Shown here one piece after another: positions 10,268 to 18,541 of a stretch of DNA of 64,000 bases (positions are counted from its first letter, which is position 1; each line of letters opens with the position of its first letter). Made by a program: the position numbers and the translations under genes. The stretch covers positions 64,001 to 128,000 of the forward strand of contig JBKHIT010000005.1 of NCBI GenBank assembly GCA_046538485.1, in the 5' to 3' direction. The notes below the pieces were generated by a model, which saw only the letters and a list, made by a program, of their open reading frames with translations, searched no databases and had not been told where the DNA came from. Source of the stretch: Candidatus Brocadiia bacterium (GTDB lineage: Bacteria; Planctomycetota; Brocadiia; SM23-32).

Positions 10268-10638
10268 GCTTGTCCCGGCGTGCTTACGGATTCAACCTGC
10301 AATTGTGGGGTAAAAACTTTTTTCTGGCCATGCTAAGTTCCGACTGTGCCAATATTTCTGATCAACGCAAATGGCTCGACTGTCGGCGGCTCAGGCGATA
10401 AACGGCGGACACTTTGTCCTGCATTTTCTGCTGAACAAACAGTGCCAACCGGCAAATTGGCAACAATGGCCGTCGTTGTCTGATCGAACTCTTAGCTTGC
10501 CAAATACAAATTGCTATCAGCAACCGATTGCCGGGTAACGATTGACCCAGTGTGCTGCAAAGGGGTAACTTATCGACCAGCTATAGAAACGGATCCCGGA
10601 ACAGTGAAACCTATACCCACAAGTCAAAGGAGCAGATT

Positions 10639-12843
10639 ATGAAAAAAGCCTTACTAAAATCTTCGATATTTATGGCGATCGCTGGCTGGGTCCTCTGCAT
10701 TGGTGCACCGGCCCTGGCCGCGGAACGTTTTCAGCTCGAGTACGGCGACCGCGGTTTGATGTCACTGAAGTGGGCGGGCCAGGACATCCTGAAGGATGGA
10801 AAGCCGTCGGTTGGACGAATTGTGCTGGAAAAGAAGACCCTCGCCGACGATGGAATTAACGAATATGATTGGCAGAAGCCCGACGTATCGGAGCCGCGTG
10901 TCAAGACGGAACGGGATGGCCGGCGCCTCGTTTACACCTACAAATGGGGAACGATCACGTTCAATTACACATCGGCGCCGGATCGGCTGGAGCTGACAAC
11001 GACGATCCAGAACAAAGCGGACCGAACGATGGCCATGTTCGAAGTAAAACCTTTCACTCTATCGCTTCCGGATCCGCTGGATAAACCAAAACACTGGAAG
11101 CGAATCGCCAACATGCCGGGCGATTTCAACGTTGTGCAGGCGGTCTACGGTGAGCACAAACTGCTGCTTTGCTGCGAGACCGTCATGCCCCTGCATTTCG
11201 GCTTCGGAAAACCGAGGAAGAAAAACACAGTTCTGCCCGTGACCATGCGGGGCAACGTCAACATTACCAGGCCGGGCGGCGTCGTGTATTACCACTACGG
11301 GCTCCCGCGGATTGCTCCGGGCAAATCGCTCAGAATCAAGATGTCCCTCCGCATCACCGATGTCGAAACCGACAACGAGAAAGTGATCCCGGATATGTAT
11401 GAGGCGTTTCGCGCCTACCACACACCCCGGATGACCTGGATGGACCGCCGTCCCATAGGGGCAATCTTCATGACTTCGGGTCGGGGGCCGGCGAACAATC
11501 CCCGTAACTGGTTCCGCGACAAGAAACTCGACGTCCGCACAGAGGAAGGCAAAAAGAAACTGCGGGAGCGTATGATGAAGCACGCCGATCGCTGCATCAA
11601 CGTGCTCAAAGCCACGAACGCGCAAGGTATGGTGCTGTGGAACCCGGAAGGTGGGGAGAATCCGCATCCCATCACCTACATCGGCGATCCGCGGATGGTC
11701 CCACTCGTAGCTCCCGAGATGGCCGACATCTATCCGGATTATTTCAAGAAATTCACCGAAGCCGGCCTGCGCACCGGCTGTTGTCTGCGCCCCAGTCAGG
11801 TCTACATGACGCCGTTCACGAATGCTTGCGACGGCGACATAACCACGCGATGGTCGGTGCAGGACGCTCCGCAGTGGCTGGAAGTGGATTTCGGCAAAGA
11901 CAGAAAAATAGACAGGTCCGAGGTCATCTGTTTCAGTGACCGCGCCTATCAGTACAAGATCGAGGCGAAGACGGAAGGAGGGAAATATTCCCTGATCGTC
12001 GACCGAACCGAAAACAAAACCCCCGGCACAGCTGAGTCGCCGATAACCGACAAGTTCGAGCCGGTGAAGGCGCGATACGTAAAACTCACGATCACAGGTG
12101 CTCATAAATACGAGGGCCGGTGGTGCAGCATCCGGGAGTTCAGGATCTACTCGGGCAAAAAAAAACTCGCCCTGAACAACGCCGCCGACTGCTCGCGCCG
12201 TTTCGGCAGAACCGTGGGCGGCCACCTCTACAACCACAACCCCGAGCGTGATCCGCTCGACCAGGATTACAGTGACATCTGGCCCGAAGGGGTGCCTTCG
12301 GACCGTTTTTTCCCGATTGTGGAGCGCATGTGTCGGAAGATCGAGTGGGCCAAAAAACACTGGGGTTGTACCATTTTCTACGTCGACACCAATGGCGTAA
12401 AACGCCCGGTCGGGGAGAAACAGAAAATCAAATGGTCGCTTCTGGATCCCCACATCTGGCGCGAGATCAGCCGGCGCCACCCCGACGTTTTGCTGATCCC
12501 CGAGTTTGCCCACAACCCGGGGCAGCTCGCTTACACCTCCTGCTATCTGCAGCCCCCCTACAGCCCGCCTGTAACCCGTAGTTTCTGGCGCGAGCTGCTG
12601 CCCGGCGCCTTCAGCGTCAGTTACACCGTCAACTTGAAAAAAGAAAAATGGAACGGCATGCGCGACCGTTTGCTCAAGGGCATCCGGGAAGGCGATAGCC
12701 TGTTCTTCCGTGGCTGGTTTGGCGATGCGTATAACAAAAAGATCAAAGCCCTCTACGATGAAGTCTACGAGCCGGGCGCGATCAACCCCGGCCTGCCGGA
12801 ATCCTACTTGAAGGCTGCCCGCACAAAGGAAAGCCCGCATTAA
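10639..12843 (+). CDS. Secreted putative glycoside hydrolase-like protein with an inserted discoidin (F5/8 type C, CBM32) domain
   Basis: RBS AAGGAG, signal peptide MKKALLK...ALA; DGD..TRW / WLEVDFG / ARYVKL / SIREFRIY discoidin motifs. Confidence 0.7.
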   Translation: MKKALLKSSIFMAIAGWVLCIGAPALAAERFQLEYGDRGLMSLKWAGQDILKDGKPSVGRIVLEKKTLADDGINEYDWQKPDVSEPRVKTERDGRRLVYTYKWGTITFNYTSAPDRLELTTTIQNKADRTMAMFEVKPFTLSLPDPLDKPKHWKRIANMPGDFNVVQAVYGEHKLLLCCETVMPLHFGFGKPRKKNTVLPVTMRGNVNITRPGGVVYYHYGLPRIAPGKSLRIKMSLRITDVETDNEKVIPDMYEAFRAYHTPRMTWMDRRPIGAIFMTSGRGPANNPRNWFRDKKLDVRTEEGKKKLRERMMKHADRCINVLKATNAQGMVLWNPEGGENPHPITYIGDPRMVPLVAPEMADIYPDYFKKFTEAGLRTGCCLRPSQVYMTPFTNACDGDITTRWSVQDAPQWLEVDFGKDRKIDRSEVICFSDRAYQYKIEAKTEGGKYSLIVDRTENKTPGTAESPITDKFEPVKARYVKLTITGAHKYEGRWCSIREFRIYSGKKKLALNNAADCSRRFGRTVGGHLYNHNPERDPLDQDYSDIWPEGVPSDRFFPIVERMCRKIEWAKKHWGCTIFYVDTNGVKRPVGEKQKIKWSLLDPHIWREISRRHPDVLLIPEFAHNPGQLAYTSCYLQPPYSPPVTRSFWRELLPGAFSVSYTVNLKKEKWNGMRDRLLKGIREGDSLFFRGWFGDAYNKKIKALYDEVYEPGAINPGLPESYLKAARTKESPH

Positions 12844-12903
12844 TTCGGTGCGAATCCCCGAACCCTCGTCGTCAGTAAACATCCCGCTTGCGTAACACAC
12901 GGA

Positions 12904-12942
12904 CGGACTGGACTTCAGCGTTCCTCTGCGGGGCTGGAGTCC
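12904..12942. repeat. Inverted copy of repeat module C
   Basis: CGGACTGGACTTCAGC...GCTGGAGTCC is the reverse complement of the module C stem. Confidence 0.75.
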
Positions 12943-13073
12943 TTGATTCAAAACAGGCGGGGAAGTAACCTTGAAATAGCTATCCCAGGGCTCGTTAGGT
13001 TGAAGAATGGTCTTCCTTCACACCTGGGCGAAGTCTGCTGCGCCTGCTGCGTGGTCTGCACGGATCAAACTAA

Positions 13074-13082
13074 TGCTATACT
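13074..13082 (+). promoter_or_regulatory. Extended -10 promoter element (TGcTATACT)
   Basis: TGnTATACT about 50 bp upstream of the GAGGAGG RBS/GTG start of the small ORF. Confidence 0.45.
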
Positions 13083-13130
13083 GGCACGCGGATACTGGTT
13101 ACGAACTGCCGAAAGATGAGGAGGACATGT

Positions 13131-13358
13131 GTGAGGAAAGACAAGAAAAACTGGCCTGACGCCCGGGCACCTCTCGCGCGATCACTTTCAGGCAACGAGA
13201 AGGCGGTGGACGTGACGCTCATCAGGTGGATGCTCTCCCTTTCCCCGGAGGAACGGCTGAAGGTTCTCGAAGATAATATCCATGCTCTGAAAAGGTTGAC
13301 AAATGCAAAACGAGCGGCCGAATTTTCTTCTGATTCTCCAAACTCTGACGAATCATAA
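13131..13358 (+). CDS. Small conserved protein, partner of the downstream nucleotidyltransferase
   Basis: Strong RBS GAGGAGG before GTG; motif VDVTLIRWMLSLSPEERL; overlaps the next gene. Confidence 0.65.
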   Translation: MRKDKKNWPDARAPLARSLSGNEKAVDVTLIRWMLSLSPEERLKVLEDNIHALKRLTNAKRAAEFSSDSPNSDES

Positions 13359-13794
13359 TGTGGACTTCATCATCGCTGGCGGGGTCTGTGCTGTCCTGCA
13401 CGGGGCACCAATCTCCACGTTCGATCTGGATCTCGTCCACTCCAGGGAACCGGATAATGTCAGACGTCTGTTAACGGCATTGGGAGAAGTTGATGCGCAG
13501 TATCGGGACCCGGCCGGAAGAAAAATCAAGCCTGCAGAGGAAGATCTGTCCTCGCCCGGGCATCACCTTCTCATAACACGCGGCGGTCCTCTCGATCTGT
13601 TGGGGGAAATAGGTCAGGGGCGCGACTATCAAGACCTGCTCTCTGACACCGTCGCCATTGAAGTGTCCGAGAAGCTTCGGGTGCGCGTTCTTTCCCTGAG
13701 GGCGCTCATCAGGGAAAAAGAGCAGATGGCCCGGCCGAAAGATGAGGCTGTTCTGGACGTTTTGAGAAAAACGCTTGAGGAGAAAAATGAGTAG
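13303..13794 (+). CDS. Nucleotidyltransferase (AbiEii/DUF6036-like, Pol-beta superfamily)
   Basis: IAGGVCAVLHG...TFDLDLV motif and C-terminal 'LIREK...RPKD'. Confidence 0.8.
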   Translation: MQNERPNFLLILQTLTNHNVDFIIAGGVCAVLHGAPISTFDLDLVHSREPDNVRRLLTALGEVDAQYRDPAGRKIKPAEEDLSSPGHHLLITRGGPLDLLGEIGQGRDYQDLLSDTVAIEVSEKLRVRVLSLRALIREKEQMARPKDEAVLDVLRKTLEEKNE

Positions 13795-16700
13795 AAGAAA
13801 CTTGCGCATAAAAAAGGTAACGACCGCCTTCCTGCTGATCATCGCTATACTGTCACCCGTGCTCGCCGGAGCCGCTGATCCGACACCGGCTCTCAATTGG
13901 AAGAAAAAGCCGCCGCACCCGGAGATGGCGCTGGGATTCTGCAGCGAACCGCCCACGATCGACGGCGAACTCAGCCCCGGCGAATGGAATCAGGCCAACT
14001 GCATCTCCTCCCTCCAGGAACTGCGTCGCAAAAGAGGCCTGTCTTTCCCGCCAACCCGGGTCTGTCTGGCTCGGGACAAAGAATATTTTTACTTTGCCTT
14101 CCGATGCCCGAAACGTTCCCCTCGCTGGTATAAGGCCAAAAGCCGTTTCCGCGATTCGCCCGTCTTCCTGGACGGTAACTACGTGGAGTTCTACCTGTCG
14201 CCTCCGAGCGGTGGAGGCCATACGCCCGTATACCAGTTCAACATCAACGCCTACGGTGCCGTTGCGGACTGGCGTGTGATCAAAGAGATCGGCGTCAAAC
14301 ACCCCGGCTACAATCCAAAACTCGACCTGGCCCGGTCCGAAACCAGCGGAGAATGGATTCTGGAGGGACGGATCAAAGCCGAAAAACTCGACGAAGGCGG
14401 TCTCAAGCCCGGTCAGACCTGGCGCACCAACTGGGCCCGCTCCTGGCCGCAACGCGCCTGGTCGCTCCGGCCAGGATTCTTCATCGAACGCCGGAATATG
14501 GGATTCCTTCATCTGGACGATGACGCCCCGGCAGTGCAATGGCTGGATTTCAGCGGTCTGCATGACGGGAAACTAAATGTCCCCGCTGCCATCAGGAATC
14601 AGAGCGGTACAAAGCAGACCTATGTGCTGAGCGCGCGCGTCACCGGGAAAAGCGCCGAAGACGTTCTCGCATCCGTGAAAGAAACCGTCGGGCTTGCCCC
14701 CGGCGAACGCAAAAAGATCACACTGAAATCCGGGACGACCTTCGCCGGCAAAAGCGGCCACGTAGAACTGGTCTGCCGAACACCCGGGGGAGAGCGATTT
14801 TACCACCAGTACCTCCGCTTCTCGTCGCGTTACCAGGGCGAAATGGAGAAGATGCGGCAGGCGCTGAAAGAGAAGGCGCCCATGCCGGAAAAACTCGACC
14901 TCAACGTCCGCTATGGACAACTCTACGAGGCTCTGGAGGTGAAAGCGGACACCTGGTTCCTCCGGCGCGCCGGGCTGAAACCGACAGCCGTTACCGTCGA
15001 GGTGAGGCCCGAAGGCAACGGAAAGGAGCCGGTGGCAGAACGCAAGCTAACCCATTTCCAGAAAGACATGGCTCTGACCCGGATCGAGCTGCCGGAGGAC
15101 GCGCCCGACGGCAAATACAACGTCCGTGCCGTCGCATTCAACGAAGCCGGTAAACAGATCGGCACGGCCGAAGCCGGGTTCAAGCGCCTCGATCTGACAA
15201 GCCCGGAAATCAACAGAAAACGCCGGTCGCGTCCGGGGCGAATTTTTGACTGGATTGGCAACGACATTGGCAAGACGCCTCAGGTTCTGCCCCCGTGGAC
15301 GCCGATACAGGTCGACAGAAAAAAAGCAGATGTATCCGTCTGGGGGCGAACCTACAAACTTGCGCGCTCGGGTTTGCCCGCCGAGATTGCGAGCAAAGGC
15401 GATCCGCTGCTGAACGAACCGGTCCACCTTGTCGCCGTCCGGGAGGGACGAGAACTGAAGTTGACGCCCCCAAAGAAAGTGCCCACCGTATCCACCAACG
15501 TCCACGTCTCAACCGCCCGGTGGGAGGGCGACCTGAACTCCGACGGCTGGATGGCGCAACTGGACGCGGAACTGGAATATGACGGATTGATCAAGTACAC
15601 GCTGGATCTCGACTGTGATAAACCTGTGCCTCTGGATGCGCTCTATTTGGATATCCCGATCGCCCCCGACCGGGCGAAATTCATCAACCTGAAGACCGGT
15701 TTGATGCACGCCCCTGAGGGCAAAGGCACCGTCTGGGAAAGCCGTTCGGTCGTGGACAACCCGATCATGGGTACATTGACCCCGCACGTCTGGGTCGGTG
15801 ACTACTCTGCCGGGCTGGCCTGGATCGGCGACAGCACGAAAGGTTGGTATGAAAAACCGCACGAGTCCGTCATCACGCTGGTGCGCGAGGCGGATGCGGT
15901 TCATCTGCGCGTCCACTTCGTTCGGGGCCCCGCGGAGGTAGAATCGACTTCGATGGAATTTGCGTTGCTCGCGACACCGACCAAACCGCTGCCGGTGGGG
16001 TGGCGCGGACATCCGCACGAACCGGAATGGAAATTTCAGTGGTTCCGTGGCCGGTACAACATCGGAGAGAAGAAAAACGGCCGCGAACACGTCAGCTGGG
16101 ACGATCCCCCACCTGCCCACCGGACCGAAGGTGTGAAAAAGGCGCGAAAGGCCAATATGCGGGGAGCTCTGCACCTCCCGTACACGAACCCCCGCTTCAC
16201 CGTGCCTCATGCGATGCCCTGGGCCATTAAGAACGCTTCGCCGGTCGCCAGACTATTAAAGCCAGACTGGGCTGCTCTGCCCGTGGGCAACCCCACCAAA
16301 CCCGTGCCCAGCTATATCGACTGGTCCATCTCCAACATGGCCTACCTGGCGGAACTCCAGGGCTACGCCGGTTTCTACGTCGACGAATCTTACGGGGCCG
16401 AAGCGGCGGACGTGAACCTGATCAACGGGTCCGGGTGGTTCGATCGGGATGGCAACTTGCGCGGCAGCTACCACAGCATGGAGGTGCGGGAGTGGTTCAA
16501 ACGAATGTACGCCGTCAGCCACCGCTACGGTCGAGTCGGGCGTGGCTACATTCTTAACCACGTCTCGACATTCGGCATGGCGCCTCACGTGATGAGTTTC
16601 GCCCACGCGGCCTGTTTCGGCGAGGGAGTGGGCGTGCATGAAGATGACCACAGCATTCTTGACGCCACCACACTGCAGAACCTCCGCTTCTTCAGCGGTA

Positions 16701-17230
16701 AGGCCTGGGGGTTCTACGGGACCTACTTCGGTTTTTATCATGTAAGCCGGGGCTGGCGTAAGAAGGACGAGGCCCAGAAAGAACTCGCGCGACATTCCGT
16801 GCGACAAACCTATGGCACGTTGATGCTGCACGACATGGTGCCGAACAGCTCCTGGATAGCCTGCGGCTGGGGCCCCGGTCCCGAGATCAAACGCCAGTTC
16901 GGCATCGAGGAGCCGGACGTCAAATTCCTCGGGTACTGGTATGAAGATTGTCCCGTTTCGAGTTCAACTGATACCGTGAAGACCAGCGCCTTCGTCCGCC
17001 CCGGCAAGACGCTGCTGGTGATAGTCAACACCGACACAGAATCGGAGCACGAATGCAGTATCGGTCTTGACAGGCGCAGACTCGGGTTTGCAGGAGTCAG
17101 TGTTCAGTATCGCGATCCGGTGAGCCAGGAGGTATTTAAACAAAATGGCAACGCGCTTAAGTTCAAAATCGCCCCGCGGGACGTTCAATATTTCGTAATC
17201 GAACCGGCAAAGATGGGAGCCCGACCATAA
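13787..17230 (+). CDS. Large secreted DUF6067-like glycoside hydrolase with an N-terminal CBM9-like domain
   Basis: Signal peptide; 'PTIDGELSPGEW' CBM9-like start; 'PQVLPPWTPI...VWGRTY', 'LEYDG', 'FALLATPTKP', 'GFYVDE', 'FLGYW' motifs. Overlaps the NTase stop codon. Confidence 0.75.
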   Translation: MSRRNLRIKKVTTAFLLIIAILSPVLAGAADPTPALNWKKKPPHPEMALGFCSEPPTIDGELSPGEWNQANCISSLQELRRKRGLSFPPTRVCLARDKEYFYFAFRCPKRSPRWYKAKSRFRDSPVFLDGNYVEFYLSPPSGGGHTPVYQFNINAYGAVADWRVIKEIGVKHPGYNPKLDLARSETSGEWILEGRIKAEKLDEGGLKPGQTWRTNWARSWPQRAWSLRPGFFIERRNMGFLHLDDDAPAVQWLDFSGLHDGKLNVPAAIRNQSGTKQTYVLSARVTGKSAEDVLASVKETVGLAPGERKKITLKSGTTFAGKSGHVELVCRTPGGERFYHQYLRFSSRYQGEMEKMRQALKEKAPMPEKLDLNVRYGQLYEALEVKADTWFLRRAGLKPTAVTVEVRPEGNGKEPVAERKLTHFQKDMALTRIELPEDAPDGKYNVRAVAFNEAGKQIGTAEAGFKRLDLTSPEINRKRRSRPGRIFDWIGNDIGKTPQVLPPWTPIQVDRKKADVSVWGRTYKLARSGLPAEIASKGDPLLNEPVHLVAVREGRELKLTPPKKVPTVSTNVHVSTARWEGDLNSDGWMAQLDAELEYDGLIKYTLDLDCDKPVPLDALYLDIPIAPDRAKFINLKTGLMHAPEGKGTVWESRSVVDNPIMGTLTPHVWVGDYSAGLAWIGDSTKGWYEKPHESVITLVREADAVHLRVHFVRGPAEVESTSMEFALLATPTKPLPVGWRGHPHEPEWKFQWFRGRYNIGEKKNGREHVSWDDPPPAHRTEGVKKARKANMRGALHLPYTNPRFTVPHAMPWAIKNASPVARLLKPDWAALPVGNPTKPVPSYIDWSISNMAYLAELQGYAGFYVDESYGAEAADVNLINGSGWFDRDGNLRGSYHSMEVREWFKRMYAVSHRYGRVGRGYILNHVSTFGMAPHVMSFAHAACFGEGVGVHEDDHSILDATTLQNLRFFSGKAWGFYGTYFGFYHVSRGWRKKDEAQKELARHSVRQTYGTLMLHDMVPNSSWIACGWGPGPEIKRQFGIEEPDVKFLGYWYEDCPVSSSTDTVKTSAFVRPGKTLLVIVNTDTESEHECSIGLDRRRLGFAGVSVQYRDPVSQEVFKQNGNALKFKIAPRDVQYFVIEPAKMGARP

Positions 17231-17469
17231 TTTCGCGAAGTCAGAGGACGGAATCGAGATGTTAAGCGAGGAATCCGATTTTAACTGGAGTCTTCTAAAA
17301 AAGCGGTCCCGGCACTGAGAAAGCTTCCGCGCCGGTCGTGTTGTCGGCTGGACAATTTTTGCCTTCGAAGGGCGAAAGTGGTGCGGTGAGGGGGCGCGGC
17401 GGGGGAGGCAGAAGTCCTGGGGGTTGGCAACGATAGGCAACCGCTGAGCGACGTGGACGTACATAGAAG

Positions 17470-17544
17470 TGGAGCGGGTGATGGGATTCGAACCCACAAC
17501 AACCAGCATGGCAAGCTGGCGCTCTTCCATTGAGCTACACCCGC
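17470..17544 (-). tRNA. tRNA-Gly (anticodon GCC)
   Basis: GCGGGTGTAGCTCAATGGAAGAGCGCCAGCTTGCCATGCTGGTTGTTGTGGGTTCGAATCCCATCACCCGCTCCA folds as a cloverleaf with TTCGAA T-loop and encoded CCA. Confidence 0.97.
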
Positions 17545-17557
17545 TACGACAAAATAA

Positions 17558-17586
17558 ATGTTACCTGCTTACGAACCAATCGTCAA
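17558..17586 (-). promoter_or_regulatory. Sigma70-type promoter of tRNA-Gly
   Basis: TTGACG-17 bp-TAACAT on the minus strand just upstream of the tRNA. Confidence 0.7.
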
Positions 17587-17804
17587 GATAAATGTGCGGG
17601 AAGGAATTTGCGCTAGGGGTGTTTCCTGCTCTTGAAATGCAAAGTCCAGCTTTGTCCCGGAATACGCGCGGAAAGCGTGATGTTTTTCCTCAAATGCCCG
17701 AACTGTGAAATTTTGCGTGTTCCCTCAAGTCACCTATAATAAATATTAGAATCACAGGCGAGAGGACATCAGTTGCCTGCAGAACCGGTAAGGAGACCCC
17801 CGAT

Positions 17805-18443
17805 ATGACCTACAAAGATCGTCGTTCGGCAGGACGCGAATTGGCAGGAGAATTGGAAAAGTACCAGGAAGAAGATGTGATTGTGCTCGGACTACCACGC
17901 GGCGGTGTAGAAGTTGCCTACGAGGTCGCGGAAGCGCTCAATGCGCCTCTCGATGTCATTGTGACGCGGAAACTAGGTGCGCCGAGCAACCCGGAGTACG
18001 GATTCGGTGCTATCGGGCCCGGAGGCGTCCGCGTGCTGGACGACCGCGCGGTGCAGATGCTCGGGCTCGACGAAGACCAGATCGATCGAATTGCGGATCG
18101 CGAGCAGGGAGAGATGGAAAGACGTTTGCAGCGCTATCGCGGCGACCGGCCCATGCCGGAGCTCGAAAAGCGGACTGTCATTGTGGTTGACGATGGGGTG
18201 GCCACCGGTGGGACGGCGCGGGCGGCCATTCGGGCGCTTCACGAACTGGGGGCGGGAACGCTTGTGCTTGCGGTGCCTGTGGCGCCGCCGGATACGGCTG
18301 ACGAACTGGAAGAGATGGTCGACGACTTTGTCTGTCTTCAGACCCCCACGGCGTTCATGGCGGTGGGACAGTGGTATCGTGATTTTTCCCAGACCACGGA
18401 TGGAGAAGTGGAAAAGTTGCTGGAGAAAGCGCAGAGCAACTGA
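17805..18443 (+). CDS. Phosphoribosyltransferase-family protein
   Basis: LGLPRGGV, RKLGAP, VIVVDDGVATGGT PRPP motif and AVGQWY.DF; RBS AAGGAG. Confidence 0.9.
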   Translation: MTYKDRRSAGRELAGELEKYQEEDVIVLGLPRGGVEVAYEVAEALNAPLDVIVTRKLGAPSNPEYGFGAIGPGGVRVLDDRAVQMLGLDEDQIDRIADREQGEMERRLQRYRGDRPMPELEKRTVIVVDDGVATGGTARAAIRALHELGAGTLVLAVPVAPPDTADELEEMVDDFVCLQTPTAFMAVGQWYRDFSQTTDGEVEKLLEKAQSN

Positions 18444-18541
18444 TACAGGGTATCCGGGGGGCGGTGTCGGCAGACGGTGCCCATTTCTGTTCCGGCATTT
18501 TGATGCGGGACGGCCTCCGATAGTGATATTTTGTTCGACTA

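Noticed and set aside
9994..10401. Small ORFs here and at 45496-46281 and 50769-51074 that share peptide similarity (ERTGLQPEAGVQNA)
   Set aside because: The similarity comes from the non-coding repeat. Starts and stops are not conserved between copies.
11059..12951. 630-aa antisense ORF (also 5766-6785, 56713-57738, 53650-54609, 60722-61708)
   Set aside because: These are shadow ORFs opposite well-supported genes in GC-rich DNA, with no motifs.
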